Assembly (NCBI GenBank): GCA_016212165.1
Contig: JACRGY010000104.1
Span: forward strand, 45,836-109,835
Reading direction: 5' to 3'
Origin: Nitrospirota bacterium
GTDB lineage: Bacteria > Nitrospirota > Thermodesulfovibrionia > Thermodesulfovibrionales > UBA1546
DNA: 64,000 bases
Shown here piece after piece: positions 1 to 10,847 of this stretch. The position numbers were made by a program, and so were the translations under genes. Numbering within the stretch: the stretch's first letter is position 1; each line of letters opens with the position of its first letter. Under the pieces are notes generated by a model. That model ran no database searches and was not told the origin of the DNA. It saw nothing but the letters and a program-made list of their open reading frames with translations.

Positions 1-355
1 CATAGCCTTCAACAGAATTGACAAAGCCATTGGCAATATTGGCAATAGAATAGAGGAATATGGAACCAAACAGAATTTTTACTCTCCCTTTTTTATCTCC
101 GAGCACTCCCCATAGGATACCTCCGAGGAGCATCCCTGCCATCTGCGTGTTCAACAGGAAAACACCCTGGTCAAGAAGCTCCTGTCCCTGCAGTCCCAGG
201 GATTTTAAACTCGGAATCCTTACAATGCTGAAAAGCAACAGGTCATAAATATCAACAAAATATCCCAGCGAAGAGACGATAACAGGTATGGTAAGGATAC
301 CCATAATACCAACTCTTTCCTGTGGTACATCAACCTTGGTATTCTTCATGTCCAT
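1..355 (-). CDS. MFS transporter, N-terminal part (runs off window start)
   Basis: Minus-strand translation from ATG at 355: MDMKNTKVDVPQ...IVSSLGYFVDIYDLLLFSIVRIPSL...GILWGVLGDKKGRVKILFG, with MFS TM1 and motif A (GxLGDKxGR). Confidence 0.8.
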   Translation of the reverse strand, partial: MDMKNTKVDVPQERVGIMGILTIPVIVSSLGYFVDIYDLLLFSIVRIPSLKSLGLQGQELLDQGVFLLNTQMAGMLLGGILWGVLGDKKGRVKILFGSIFLYSIANIANGFVNSVEGY

Positions 356-361
356 AGCCTT

Positions 362-979
362 TTATTGCTTCCCGTAAAGTATTTTCAGGAAACCGGAAAT
401 GTTATCAGAAATATTACCCATCAGTATTGCCGAGGCAACCGCAACAGCATCAGCGCCTGAATCAAGAACAGACTGGAGATTTTCAGAAGTTATACCGCCG
501 ATGGCAATAACAGGGATATTTACATGTCTCTTTACTTCTTTTAGCATTTGGATGCCTTTGGGTTTGCCTGCATCTTTTGTCTTTGTATGAAATACCGGGC
601 CAAAGCCTACATAGTCAGCCCCTCCTGCTTCAGCTTCTATTGCCTGCTCAATGCTGTGTGTGGATATGCCTATTATTTTTGTTTTCCCGAGAATCTTCCT
701 TGCTTCTTTCAAAGGGAGGTCTTCCTGCCCAAGATGGACTCCCTCTGCATTTACTGCAAGGGCTATGTCGGCATGGTCGTTTACTATAAAGGAAGCCTTG
801 AATTCTGCTGTCAGTTTCCTTAACAGCGCTGCTTCATTGTAAATATCCCTGCGGGGTTTGTTTTTCTCCCTGTATTGAATCCATTTAATGCCTGCCCTGA
901 GAACTAAGGAAGACATTTCCTTAGATGTGAGGCCGCATATATTTCTGTCAGTAATAAAACAAAGACCGTCGAGATACAT
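362..979 (-). CDS. thiE: Thiamine-phosphate synthase
   Basis: Motifs QYREK, IVNDH, GVHLGQED, STHS, GPVFHTKTK, AIGGI. Confidence 0.95.
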   Translation of the reverse strand: MYLDGLCFITDRNICGLTSKEMSSLVLRAGIKWIQYREKNKPRRDIYNEAALLRKLTAEFKASFIVNDHADIALAVNAEGVHLGQEDLPLKEARKILGKTKIIGISTHSIEQAIEAEAGGADYVGFGPVFHTKTKDAGKPKGIQMLKEVKRHVNIPVIAIGGITSENLQSVLDSGADAVAVASAILMGNISDNISGFLKILYGKQ

Positions 980-984
980 ATGTG

Positions 985-1914
985 TCAGCCAAGTTCTGCC
1001 CTGTTGCGGCCATTCTTTTTTGCCTCATATAAGGCCATATCAGATGCATGGATAAGTTTTTCTTCGGTATCTATGGAAGGGTCAGGCACGCTGGCAATCC
1101 CGATGCTTATGGTAATCTGTTCGTTAGATATTTCTGGAAACTTATGCTCCGAAACTTTCTTTATAATCCTTACCGCAGACCGCAAGGCATCCTCTTTTTT
1201 TGTCTGGGGGAATAAGGCAATGAATTCCTCCCCTCCCCATCTTGCCACAGTATCTATCTCTCTGGCACACTCTGTTATTATTTGGGCCGTTTCTTTAATG
1301 ACCATGTCTCCTGTATGGTGACTGAATTTGTCATTAATCCTTTTAAAATGGTCTATATCTATCATTAGGCAGGTAAGCGGACTTTTGTATCTCACGGTTC
1401 TTCTGAATTCTTTTTCAAGAATAGTTATAAGACGTCTTCTGTTATAAATCCCTGTGAGCTGATCTGTAATTGCCATAATCTCAACCTGCTTTAAGAGGTT
1501 TTCCAACTGGCGGTTTTTTTGTCTTAATTCATCCTGCAAGGCCTTTGTCCTTAAAGATGCGTATATCCTTGCATTAAGTTCAATCTCATTATAGGGTTTG
1601 GGAAGGTAATCATCAGCGCCAGCCTCTAATCCGGCTACCTTGTCAGTTATGGCGTCCTTTGCCGTGAGCATTATTATAGGGATTCCCCTGGTATTTTCAT
1701 TGAGTTTCAGCCAGCGGCATACTTCATTACCGCTTATATCCGGCAGCATGAGGTCCAGGAGTATGATGTCTACACTCATGGTCTTGGCTGTTTTGATTGC
1801 AGATTTGCCGTTTTCGGCCCAGATTACTTCATATCCGATTTTTTCGAGGAAATCCCTTACGAGTCCTGCCTGGGCTTTACTGTCTTCAACAAGGAGAATC
1901 TTTGCCTTTGCCAT
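985..1914 (-). CDS. Response regulator diguanylate cyclase (REC-GGDEF)
   Basis: Receiver domain (LLVED...LLDLMLP...KPY), GGEEF motif, RxxD I-site (REID). ATG at 1914 has an RBS; the ORF track extends to 1956. Confidence 0.92.
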   Translation of the reverse strand: MAKAKILLVEDSKAQAGLVRDFLEKIGYEVIWAENGKSAIKTAKTMSVDIILLDLMLPDISGNEVCRWLKLNENTRGIPIIMLTAKDAITDKVAGLEAGADDYLPKPYNEIELNARIYASLRTKALQDELRQKNRQLENLLKQVEIMAITDQLTGIYNRRRLITILEKEFRRTVRYKSPLTCLMIDIDHFKRINDKFSHHTGDMVIKETAQIITECAREIDTVARWGGEEFIALFPQTKKEDALRSAVRIIKKVSEHKFPEISNEQITISIGIASVPDPSIDTEEKLIHASDMALYEAKKNGRNRAELG

Positions 1915-1977
1915 AACCTCTATGGTAACATTTTTCCCCTGCAAATTTGGCTTCAATTTTTAATTATCTGACGGGGT

Positions 1978-2778
1978 TTACTTGAAGCTCTGTTCTTCTG
2001 AAGGGAATGTGCCTTTTTCAACATCATCCTTGTAAGACTTTATTGCCTTTAATGCCTCGGCCTTTAAATTTGCATATCTTTTTACGAATTTTGGCGCGAA
2101 TCTTTCGAAAAGGCCGAGTACATCATGCAGCACAAGTATCTGCCCGTCACAGAACGGGCCTGCGCCGATTCCCATTGTCGGGATGGAGAGTTCTTCTGTA
2201 ATTTTTTTTGCAAGCTCCATTGGTATTGCCTCAAGCAGCAGTGAAAATGCGCCTGCGTCTTCTGCAATATGGGCTTCTTCGATTAATCTTTTTTGAGCCT
2301 CTTCTGTCTTCCCCTGGACCTTATATCCGCCCATCCTGTGGATTGACTGTGGCGTAAGGCCGATATGTGCCATAACAGGGATGTCCGACCTTGTCATTGC
2401 CTTTATATGTTCTGCGACCTCTGCGCCGCCTTCAAGTTTTATGGCTGAGGCGCCTGCCTCTTTGATAAACCTGCCTGCATTCCTCACAGCGTCTTCTATG
2501 CTTGCCTGATAGGACATGAAAGGCATGTCACCAATAACCATTGCATTTTTTACTGCCCTTGATACCATCTTTGTGTGGTAAATCATCTCATCCATTGTGA
2601 CAGGCAGGGTATTTTCAAGCCCCTGCACAACCATCCCAAGCGAGTCGCCGACAAGTATTCCGTCAAGCCCTGCCTCATCTACTATCTGCGCGAACGGGTA
2701 GTCATATGCAGTGAGCATTGTGATTTTGTTTTTCTCTGTTTTTTTCTTTAAAAAATCCTGAATGGTTATTTTTGGCAT
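1978..2778 (-). CDS. panB: 3-methyl-2-oxobutanoate hydroxymethyltransferase
   Basis: Motifs [38 protein letters not shown]. Confidence 0.97.
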   Translation of the reverse strand: MPKITIQDFLKKKTEKNKITMLTAYDYPFAQIVDEAGLDGILVGDSLGMVVQGLENTLPVTMDEMIYHTKMVSRAVKNAMVIGDMPFMSYQASIEDAVRNAGRFIKEAGASAIKLEGGAEVAEHIKAMTRSDIPVMAHIGLTPQSIHRMGGYKVQGKTEEAQKRLIEEAHIAEDAGAFSLLLEAIPMELAKKITEELSIPTMGIGAGPFCDGQILVLHDVLGLFERFAPKFVKRYANLKAEALKAIKSYKDDVEKGTFPSEEQSFK

Positions 2779-2846
2779 ATATTGCTTCTCCTTGGATGCT
2801 TCGTATTATCTATTAATATATTATATGCAAGGCATAATATTTTCGC

Positions 2847-2875
2847 TTTCGCCTTGGCGAATCCGCTGGGGCGGA
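2847..2875. repeat. Dispersed 29-bp GC-rich palindromic repeat, copy 1
   Basis: tttcgccttggcgaatccgctggggcgga matches the reverse complement of 10871-10899 at 26/29. Confidence 0.7.
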
Positions 2876-2954
2876 CATTCTCTGACTATCGTCAAAATAA
2901 ACCGCTCAAATACAATGCCTTGCATGTTGGTCTATAGTTTGTATTTGTATAAAA

Positions 2955-3959
2955 TTAAAAATCAACTGCAACTTCCCTTGAAAATTCGCTTTCTTTTGAC
3001 GGCCCGACGGCAGTTATTTTATAGACATGCTTTGTGCCTGTTTTTTCTCTGTCGGTGAATGCAGGGGTTACGGGTTCTCCGGCAAGTTTGAACCCTTCTT
3101 CTTCATTTGTCTTGCGGTAAACCCTGTATTTTTTTACCCATGCCTCCGGATTTTCCTTCCATGATATAACGGCCTTATCACCCGCAAAGATTGCCTGAAG
3201 CCCCTCCGGCCTTGAGGGTATAAAGTCTACAGGGTTAACTCCTATTTCATCTGATGCAGGGCCTTCATTCCGGTATTCATTATTAAGCGCACCCCTGACC
3301 GTGTAATAGACAGTCTTGTCCATATCAAAATTATCAGAGTATGATGTTGTTTTTGTTGGCTCAGCGTTTACAGGATTAATGCCGTATTTCCCTTTCTCAT
3401 CGGTTCTGTAAATATTGTAAAGCACATTTTCGCCCGTGCTATCCCATGAAACGTTCAGGGCATCATTGCCAACCTTGAATGATATATTCTTCGGGGCAGG
3501 GGGGACGACTTCAGGCTTTATTATGATTATATTAGAATCATCGCTGAGGACTTTTTTCAGGCTTCCGGCAACGACTTTGTATTTGTAAAAAGCGCCTGTC
3601 TTAAAGTTAACGTCTGTGTAGGAACTTTCCTCCCTGGTTACAGACGCTATTTTCTGAAAACTGCTGTCTTCTGCCCTGAGAATATAAAATTCTTTAAGAT
3701 TTTCTTTTTTGTTATATGCCCAGGACAGGATAATATTGCTTTCTCTGTGGATTGCCTTAAGGCCCGACGGAGCATCGGGTTTTTCATAGGCCTTAAGCGT
3801 CGGAGGTTCTTTTTTGCCGCAGGCAACCGAAAGAACACAGAATACGCAAATAATAAAGAATAGACGAATGGGTGAATAGGTGAATGGGCGAATAGGTGAA
3901 TCGGATGACGGCTGATAGTCGTTGCGACTCAAAACCGAGCTGATAGCCGATAACCTCAT
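2955..3959 (-). CDS. Lipoprotein with fibronectin type III repeats
   Basis: Lipobox SVAC-G followed by three FN3-like repeats (PxxPxxL...LSW...Y.IYR...Y.D). Start uncertain; the N-terminus contains an octamer repeat tract. Confidence 0.75.
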   Translation of the reverse strand: MRLSAISSVLSRNDYQPSSDSPIRPFTYSPIRLFFIICVFCVLSVACGKKEPPTLKAYEKPDAPSGLKAIHRESNIILSWAYNKKENLKEFYILRAEDSSFQKIASVTREESSYTDVNFKTGAFYKYKVVAGSLKKVLSDDSNIIIIKPEVVPPAPKNISFKVGNDALNVSWDSTGENVLYNIYRTDEKGKYGINPVNAEPTKTTSYSDNFDMDKTVYYTVRGALNNEYRNEGPASDEIGVNPVDFIPSRPEGLQAIFAGDKAVISWKENPEAWVKKYRVYRKTNEEEGFKLAGEPVTPAFTDREKTGTKHVYKITAVGPSKESEFSREVAVDF

Positions 3960-5329
3960 TTTATTACTTGCTTCAGTCTCTTTATTTGCTTTTTTACTTC
4001 TGAAGGGGCTGTGCCGCCTCTCGATGTCTTTGCCTTTATGGAATCCCCGGCCCTGATGCGGGAGTAAATATCTTTATCAATAGCTGAAGAGAATTTTTTA
4101 AACTCATCGATGGAAAGCCCTTTAAGCTCTTTTTTATTTTTGATACAGTAAAGAACTATCTTCCCTGTTACCTCATGCGCCTCTCTGAAAGGGATTCTTT
4201 TCTTTGCCAGGTATTCAGCTATATCTGTTGCCGTGGAATATGCCTTTTCCGCAGCCCCATGCATCTTTTCCTTGTTAAATTTTATCTCAGGAAGCATCTG
4301 CGCGAGAACAGTGAGGCATGCCTTAACCGTATCTGTTGTATCGAAGACAGGCACCTTGTCCTCCTGCATATCCCTGTTATATGACAGAGGCAGGCCTTTC
4401 ATTATTGTCAGTAGAGATAACAGGTTCCCGTAAACCCTTCCGGTTTTTCCTCTTATAAGTTCTGCAACGTCAGGATTCTTTTTCTGCGGCATTATGCTCG
4501 ATCCTGTTGTAAATGCGTCAGGCAGTTCAATAAAAGAGAACTCTTCTGTTGACCATAGTATGAGTTCCTCTGCCAGTCGTGACAGGTGCATTATGAGTAT
4601 GGCCGCATCTGCTAAAAATTCTATTGCAAAGTCTCTGTCAGATACTGCATCCATGCTGTTTTCAGAGATGCCTTCAAACCCGAGCAGTTTAGCGGTATAA
4701 GCCCTGTCAATCGGAAGCGTTGTCCCGCTCAGGGCACACGAGCCGAGTGGAAGAATATTAATTCTTTTTAATGCATCTTCAAAGCGGTTTCTGTCTCTCT
4801 GAAGCATCTCGATGTATGCAAGGAGGTAATGTGACAAGAGCACCGGCTGAGCCCTCTGCAGATGTGTATATCCCGGCATGATAACACTGCTGTGTTTTTC
4901 TGCCATGCTGAGAATGGTCTTCTGAAGATTTTTAATAAGGGATATTATCCCTTTGGTTTCATCTCTCAGATAAAGTCTCAGGTCAAGCGCAACCTGGTCA
5001 TTCCTTGAACGGGCTGTATGAAGTTTCTTGCCCGCAGCCCCTGTTTTTTTTACGAGGGCCGCCTCTATGTTCATGTGAATATCCTCAAGTTCTTCGCTGA
5101 ATTTAAATTTCCCTGCCTCTATCCCTTTTGCTATGGATTTAAGCCCGGTGATTATCTTTGCGGAATCCTTATGCGGGATGATGCCCTGCCTGCCGAGCAT
5201 CATTGCATGCGCAATGCTTCCTTCGATGTCATATCTCCAGAGCCTTTTGTCAAAGGAAATAGATTCTGTGAAAGCCTCTGCTATCTTTGATGTTTTCCCG
5301 GCAAATCTTCCTGCCCATGGTTTTTTCAT
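3956..5329 (-). CDS. argH: Argininosuccinate lyase
   Basis: Motifs [33 protein letters not shown]. Confidence 0.97.
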   Translation of the reverse strand: MKKPWAGRFAGKTSKIAEAFTESISFDKRLWRYDIEGSIAHAMMLGRQGIIPHKDSAKIITGLKSIAKGIEAGKFKFSEELEDIHMNIEAALVKKTGAAGKKLHTARSRNDQVALDLRLYLRDETKGIISLIKNLQKTILSMAEKHSSVIMPGYTHLQRAQPVLLSHYLLAYIEMLQRDRNRFEDALKRINILPLGSCALSGTTLPIDRAYTAKLLGFEGISENSMDAVSDRDFAIEFLADAAILIMHLSRLAEELILWSTEEFSFIELPDAFTTGSSIMPQKKNPDVAELIRGKTGRVYGNLLSLLTIMKGLPLSYNRDMQEDKVPVFDTTDTVKACLTVLAQMLPEIKFNKEKMHGAAEKAYSTATDIAEYLAKKRIPFREAHEVTGKIVLYCIKNKKELKGLSIDEFKKFSSAIDKDIYSRIRAGDSIKAKTSRGGTAPSEVKKQIKRLKQVIK

Positions 5330-5443
5330 GATGATGTAAGAATAAAATTTTAATCATGAAGTGTCAAGGGTTTTTATAAATCTCCTGCTCCGATAAAAAG
5401 GAATTATAGAGTAAAACAGCGAAACGCGGAAGTTTCTGCGGGG

Positions 5444-5473
5444 TTTACAGAATCAGAGACAGTATGTTATCCT
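5444..5473 (+). promoter_or_regulatory. Putative sigma70 promoter of rpsO
   Basis: TTTACA-N18-TATCCT with extended-10 TG, upstream of rpsO. Confidence 0.45.
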
Positions 5474-5512
5474 TATTAACTATAAAACAAAGTATAGGAA
5501 GGTGGTGATTCA

Positions 5513-5782
5513 ATGCCTCTCAGCAAGGAAAAGAAAGGTACAATTATAAGCGGCTTTAAGGTTCACGAAAAAGATACCGGCTCTCCAGAGGTGCAGCTGG
5601 CTATTTTAAGTGAGAGGATAAATTATCTTACAGAGCATTTTAGAGCCCATAGCGGTGACCACCATTCACGCCGCGGACTGCTGAAACTTGTTGGACAGAG
5701 AAGGAAATTGCTTGACTATCTCAAGGCCTCGAGCAAAGAACGCTATGCAAAGGTGATTGAGCGGTTAGGACTTAGAAAATAG
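5513..5782 (+). CDS. rpsO: 30S ribosomal protein S15
   Basis: Motifs [21 protein letters not shown]; upstream of pnp. Confidence 0.98.
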   Translation: MPLSKEKKGTIISGFKVHEKDTGSPEVQLAILSERINYLTEHFRAHSGDHHSRRGLLKLVGQRRKLLDYLKASSKERYAKVIERLGLRK

Positions 5783-5795
5783 AGAGAGAGGATTA

Positions 5796-7886
5796 ATGAC
5801 TACAGTAGAAGTTGAGATTAAAGGCAAGAGGCTGATTATTGAGACAGGCGAGATGGCTAAACAATCAGATGGATCAGTTGTTTTAAGGTATGGAGACACA
5901 GTTGTACTGGCTACGGCAGTTGCAGCAAAGAAACCCAGAGAAGGGCTTGATTTTTTCCCGCTGACAGTTGATTACCAGGAGAAGACCTATTCTGCCGGCA
6001 AGATCCCCGGCGGATTCTTTAAGAGGGAAGGCAGGCCGACTGAAAAAGAAGTCCTGACATCCCGCCTGATAGACCGCCCGATTCGTCCGCTTTTCCCGAA
6101 AGGATTTTATTGTGAAACACAGGGTATAGTACAGGTTCTTTCATACGGCGACGAGAATGTATCCGACATCCTTGGAATAATCGGCATATCTGCTGCGCTG
6201 ATGATTTCCGATATCCCGTTTAAGGGGCCGATTGCAGCTGTTAAGGTGGGAAGGGTTAACGGAGAGTTTATTGTTAATCCGGACCTGTCTGAAGCAGGAA
6301 GTGTTGATATAAACCTTGTTGTTGCCGGGACAGAAAGTTCTGTTCTTATGGTGGAAGGCGAGGCGATGGAAGTTCAGGAGGAGGCGCTCCTTAAGGCTAT
6401 AGATTATGCACATGCAGAGATAAAGCGTATTATTGCAGTGCAGAAAGACCTGAGGGAAAAGGTCGGCAGGGCAAAACGTACGTTAACCCCGCCTGTATTT
6501 GATGAGGAACTCAGAAAGAATGTAGAGGCGCATGTCCTTGGAAAAATGAAAGACGCGGTCAAGATCCCCGGCAAACAGAGGAGACAGGAGGTGCTTGATA
6601 TTATGCTGGCTGAAACAATCAAGCATTTTAATACACCTGAGAAGGATATGACCAAGGAAATAGCTGATGCATTTTTTGAACTTGAAAAGAACCTTGTTAG
6701 AAGGATGATTATAGAGGAAGGAATCAGGGCTGACGGCAGAAGGCCTGATGAGATAAGACATATAACCTCAAGGGTAGGAATACTGCCGAGGACTCATGGC
6801 TCAGCGCTTTTCGTAAGGGGCGAGACACAGGCGCTTGCCGTAGCAACCCTCGGCACTGCGGATGATGAACAGAGAATAGACTCGCTCGATGGAGAAAGCC
6901 ATAAGTCATTTATGCTTCATTATAATTTCCCGCCGTTCAGCGTTGGAGAGGTCAAACCTTTGCGCTCTCCGGGCAGGCGCGAGATTGGGCATGGAGCGCT
7001 TGCTGAAAGGGCCTTAAGGGCTGTAATTCCGCCTAAAGAGGCATTCCCTTACACTATCAGGATTGTTTCGGACATACTTGAATCCAATGGCTCGTCTTCG
7101 ATGGCAACCGTATGCGGCGGAACACTGGCGCTTATGGATGCAGGTGTTCCAATAAAGGCGCCTGTGGCAGGTATTGCGATGGGATTGATACAGGAAGGCG
7201 ACAAGAATATTGTTCTTACAGATATACTTGGATTGGAAGACCATCTTGGCGACATGGATTTTAAGGTTACAGGAACAGAGAAGGGTGTGACAGCATTCCA
7301 GCTTGATGTAAAGACAGGCGGTATAAACGCTGATATTATGGAGAAGGCGCTTGAACAGGCAAGACAGGGAAGGCTTTTCATCCTTAATAAGATAAAAGAG
7401 GTGATTACATCACCGAGGGAAAAGTTGTCTCCGTACGCACCGCGGATATATACAATGCAGATTAAACAGGAAAAGATAAGGGATGTCATAGGAACAGGCG
7501 GCAAGGTTATAAGGGGAATAATAGAGAAGACAGGGGTTAAGATAAACATTGATGATGCAGGCGTGATAAACATTGCATCTATTGATGAAACATCAGCCCA
7601 GAAGGCAATAGATATAATAAACGGAATCATTGAAGAGGCGGAAGTCGGGAGGATATATCTCGGGACGGTGAAGCGTATTGTCGATTTTGGAGCATTTGTA
7701 GAGATAATACCAGGCACCGAAGGCCTTCTTCATATATCCCAGATAGATGAGAAGAGGATAGCAAAGGTAACTGATGTGCTCCACGAAGGAGAGGAAGTCC
7801 TTGTCAAAGTAATTGAGATGGACAGGACCGGCAAGATACGTTTAAGCAGAAAAGATGCACTGAGAGAAAAGGCAGCAAAAGAATAG
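5796..7886 (+). CDS. pnp: Polyribonucleotide nucleotidyltransferase
   Basis: Motifs GKIPGGFFKREGRP, RREIGHG, SNGSSSMA, GDMDFKV; C-terminal KH and S1 domains. Confidence 0.98.
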   Translation: MTTVEVEIKGKRLIIETGEMAKQSDGSVVLRYGDTVVLATAVAAKKPREGLDFFPLTVDYQEKTYSAGKIPGGFFKREGRPTEKEVLTSRLIDRPIRPLFPKGFYCETQGIVQVLSYGDENVSDILGIIGISAALMISDIPFKGPIAAVKVGRVNGEFIVNPDLSEAGSVDINLVVAGTESSVLMVEGEAMEVQEEALLKAIDYAHAEIKRIIAVQKDLREKVGRAKRTLTPPVFDEELRKNVEAHVLGKMKDAVKIPGKQRRQEVLDIMLAETIKHFNTPEKDMTKEIADAFFELEKNLVRRMIIEEGIRADGRRPDEIRHITSRVGILPRTHGSALFVRGETQALAVATLGTADDEQRIDSLDGESHKSFMLHYNFPPFSVGEVKPLRSPGRREIGHGALAERALRAVIPPKEAFPYTIRIVSDILESNGSSSMATVCGGTLALMDAGVPIKAPVAGIAMGLIQEGDKNIVLTDILGLEDHLGDMDFKVTGTEKGVTAFQLDVKTGGINADIMEKALEQARQGRLFILNKIKEVITSPREKLSPYAPRIYTMQIKQEKIRDVIGTGGKVIRGIIEKTGVKINIDDAGVINIASIDETSAQKAIDIINGIIEEAEVGRIYLGTVKRIVDFGAFVEIIPGTEGLLHISQIDEKRIAKVTDVLHEGEEVLVKVIEMDRTGKIRLSRKDALREKAAKE

Positions 7887-7923
7887 GTTCTAATTTTAGC
7901 TGAAGGTTGTCTTGTGCAGTAAA

Positions 7924-8090
7924 AAGTAGTGCTGTCTTTCGCTTTTTGTGATATTTTTCGACAGTGCTAAGTTCATTCCGCTACATCCTCGCAACTCGCC
8001 ATTCGGCTCAGACAGTCGAGGCTGTAGCCGCTTCATTTCACTAAGAACTGTTACCGAAAAATATCAATGTCGCTCTAGCCAACACTACTT
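7924..8090. repeat. Long nested imperfect inverted repeat (MITE/REP-like or structured RNA)
   Basis: Nested pairs aagtagtg/cactactt, tgatatttttcg/cgaaaaatatca, acagt/actgt, gctaca..ctcg/cgag..tgtagc. Confidence 0.7.
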
Positions 8091-8120
8091 ATTGGCGATT
8101 TGTGCCTAAGAAAGGACATT

Positions 8121-9368
8121 ATGTTCAAAAAAACATATCTTGAAAACGGCATACCTGTGGTTATGGAGCAGATTAAGAATGTCCGCTCTGTTGCTTTAGG
8201 CATATGGGTCAGGGTCGGTTCGAGAAATGAGCCGGCTGAAAAGAACGGCATATCTCATTTCCTCGAACATATGTTCTTCAAAGGAACCCAGAAGCGTTCT
8301 GCAAAGGATATAGCTATTGACACTGATTCTATCGGCGGAGACCTCAATGCGTTCACATCAAGGGAGATCACGACATTCTATATTAAGGTGCTGGACGAGT
8401 ACTTTGAAAAAGGCAATGAGCTTCTGGCCGATATATTCCTGCATTCTGCATTTCCTGAAAACGACGTGGAGAAGGAAAAGGGGATAATCAAGGAAGAGAT
8501 AAAAATGGTCGAGGATACTCCTGACGATTATATCCATGACCTCTTCAACCTCGATATATGGGGTGATGAAGGCATAGGCCAGGGTGTTCTCGGGAAAAGG
8601 AGTACGATTAAAACATTCAAAAGAGAAGACCTCTTAAGCCATATAAAGAAATATTACGGCACAAAAGATACGGTAATCGCCTGCGCTGGAAATTTCGAGT
8701 TCGATAAGCTTATTGATATGCTGAACCATAGCTTCGGCTCTCTGCGGAGAGGTTCGGAGCCCGAGAAAGGGAAGTCACCTGTATTTAGCAATAGGGTAAC
8801 AGTCCACAACAAGGAGCTTTCAGAGGCTCATCTGTGCATCGGGGTAGAGGGATTGCCACAGGCAAGCGACGAAAGGTATGTGCTTTTTCTCCTTAATACA
8901 ATCCTGGGCGCCGGCGTAAGCTCAAGGCTCTTTCAGGAGATAAGAGAGAAAAGAGGGCTTGCATATTCCATCTATTCATACATATCTGCATATCTCGACA
9001 CAGGCCTCTGGGCTGTCTATGCAGGCACAGGCAGGAAGAGGGTTGCGCAGGTGATGGAACTCATAGTCAAGGAGATGAGGGAACTGGCTGATAATGTGAC
9101 AGAGGCCGAGCTTGAACGGGCCAAGGCACAGCTTAAGGGCAATCTTATCCTCGGCCTTGAATCAACGTCCAGCAGGATGCAGAATATAGCAAGGCAGGAA
9201 ATATACTACGGAAAATATTTTTCGCCTTCTGAGTTAATAAAGGATATCAATGCAGTAGATTTAAAGCGCGTGAAGGAACTCTCGAAAAGGCTTATGTCCA
9301 AAAACGCCTTTGCTGTCACAGTCTTCGGCCCTGTGAACGAGGGGGATATTAAGGGGATAACCGGGTAG
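8121..9368 (+). CDS. M16 family zinc peptidase
   Basis: HFLEH (HxxEH), NAFTS, SSRLFQEIREKRGLAY; usual position downstream of pnp. Confidence 0.93.
   Translation: MFKKTYLENGIPVVMEQIKNVRSVALGIWVRVGSRNEPAEKNGISHFLEHMFFKGTQKRSAKDIAIDTDSIGGDLNAFTSREITTFYIKVLDEYFEKGNELLADIFLHSAFPENDVEKEKGIIKEEIKMVEDTPDDYIHDLFNLDIWGDEGIGQGVLGKRSTIKTFKREDLLSHIKKYYGTKDTVIACAGNFEFDKLIDMLNHSFGSLRRGSEPEKGKSPVFSNRVTVHNKELSEAHLCIGVEGLPQASDERYVLFLLNTILGAGVSSRLFQEIREKRGLAYSIYSYISAYLDTGLWAVYAGTGRKRVAQVMELIVKEMRELADNVTEAELERAKAQLKGNLILGLESTSSRMQNIARQEIYYGKYFSPSELIKDINAVDLKRVKELSKRLMSKNAFAVTVFGPVNEGDIKGITG
9316..9359 (+). repeat. 44-bp direct repeat copy A (3' end of M16 gene)
   Basis: tcacagtcttcggccctgtgaacgagggggatattaaggggata; second copy at 10771-10814 with 2 mismatches. 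Confidence 0.9.
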
Positions 9369-9408
9369 ACCCAATATTTTAAATAAGCAGGATCGTTGAA
9401 CACTTTCC

Positions 9409-10704
9409 TTATTGCTGCCCATCGCTCAACAACCAAAGATAAAGAGGAACAGCGCGAATCTTTATCTTTTCGACTTCGATATCCTCACGGGTTTCGCTTG
9501 TTATGATTGTGGCTTGCCTCAAGCCGAACTCCTTGCAGGCGTCGACAATACCTCTTAGCTCACGCCTCTTCGTCTTTTCATCCGCGAGCGTGTGAGACAC
9601 CTGTATAACTTCTGAAACCCTGTTGCCATCTCTTGTAATGAAGTCGCATTCGTATCGTTCCCTGTAAAAATAGATTTCCCTTCCTTTTTTTCTCAGTTCA
9701 AGAAATACGATTTGCTCTATTGCCTTGCCTCTGTCATCTGAAAATCTGAAATTTACCGCGTTCAGAAGCCCGTTATCTACGCAATAGACCTTCCGCTCGC
9801 CCAGTTCCCGGCTCACGAATTTATGGGCATGCTTTTTCAGGATAAATGCCAGATAAATGCTCTGGCATGCGTCCAGATATTCATAAAGCAGGTTTTTCCC
9901 CATTTTCAGGCCGGAAGATTTCAGCTCGTTATAAATGGTGTTGACCGACAATTGTTTCGTAGAAGATGCAAGCACCCGTTTTATGAAGAACTTCAATACG
10001 GCGGCATTCCTTATATCATATCGCTCCACAAGATCTCTGTAGATCATGACATTGAAATATTCCTGAAGCGTCTTTTCCCTTAGCTTTTCATCATAATTGA
10101 CGACTTCGGGAAATCCGCCGCTGTCGAGATACTTGTGAAGACTGTTGTTGATCTTTGCCACCGACCTTGAGCTGCGGAGGTCTACGACGATATTATTGAA
10201 ACGCAAGTATTCCCCGAAAGACAGCGGAAAGACCTCGTAGCTCAGTGTCCTTCCCCTGAGACTTGTCGCAATATCGCTGCTTAAGAACCTCGAGTTGGAA
10301 CCGGTGATAAAGATATTCTTTGTCGTCGAGTCATAAACCCTTCTGATAAACTTCTCCCAGTTTTCGATGTTCTGGATCTCGTCGAAAAAAAAGTGACATT
10401 CCTTCAGGTTCAGATCAGGATAAAGCTCCCTGTATGCCTGAAGGATCAGGTCGAGTTCGCCGGTTTTCAGATCCAGCCTTTCGTCTTCAAAATTCAGGTA
10501 GAGCACCTTTCTTATATCAACGCCGCTCTTTTTCAGTTTTCCGACAAGATTGAAAAGGACCGAGGTCTTGCCGCTCCGTCTGACACCTACAAGGGAGATA
10601 ATCTTGCCGGAAGTCAGAGGGACTTCAACGTCCCTGTCGAAAAGCTCCGGCAAAGGCTCAACGTGAAAATCCCTTATAATGCTCTTAAGTAAATCTTTCT
10701 TCAT
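9409..10704 (-). CDS. AAA_14/DUF4143-type ATP-binding protein
   Basis: Walker A GVRRSGKT, FFDEIQ, ITGSNS, GGFPE, KVYCVDNG, C-terminal ECDF...IQVS. Confidence 0.88.
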   Translation of the reverse strand: MKKDLLKSIIRDFHVEPLPELFDRDVEVPLTSGKIISLVGVRRSGKTSVLFNLVGKLKKSGVDIRKVLYLNFEDERLDLKTGELDLILQAYRELYPDLNLKECHFFFDEIQNIENWEKFIRRVYDSTTKNIFITGSNSRFLSSDIATSLRGRTLSYEVFPLSFGEYLRFNNIVVDLRSSRSVAKINNSLHKYLDSGGFPEVVNYDEKLREKTLQEYFNVMIYRDLVERYDIRNAAVLKFFIKRVLASSTKQLSVNTIYNELKSSGLKMGKNLLYEYLDACQSIYLAFILKKHAHKFVSRELGERKVYCVDNGLLNAVNFRFSDDRGKAIEQIVFLELRKKGREIYFYRERYECDFITRDGNRVSEVIQVSHTLADEKTKRRELRGIVDACKEFGLRQATIITSETREDIEVEKIKIRAVPLYLWLLSDGQQ

Positions 10705-10770
10705 AATAAGGAAATTATACACATAATCTTCTTTATTGTAAAGAAAACATTCAAAGACCTCTCAGCGCCC

Positions 10771-10814
10771 TCACAGTCCTCGGCCCTGTGAATGAGGGGG
10801 ATATTAAGGGGATA
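10771..10814 (+). repeat. 44-bp direct repeat copy B (orphan copy of M16 gene 3' end)
   Basis: tcacagtcctcggccctgtgaatgagggggatattaaggggata, followed by gtggattaa; reads LTVLGPVNEGDIKGIVD*. Confidence 0.9.
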
Positions 10815-10847
10815 GTGGATTAACGCATTTGCATTTCAATTGGATAG

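Noticed and set aside
5474-5512. S15 autoregulatory leader, and an L13 leader at ~55520-55580
   Set aside because: Positions are plausible, but I could not identify the diagnostic structure by eye; a covariance-model search is needed.
7049-7717. 222-aa antisense ORF, and similar ones at 21207-21932, 30043-30648, 37330-37815 and 61016-61588
   Set aside because: They are shadows on the opposite strand of well-supported conserved genes and have no recognisable motifs.
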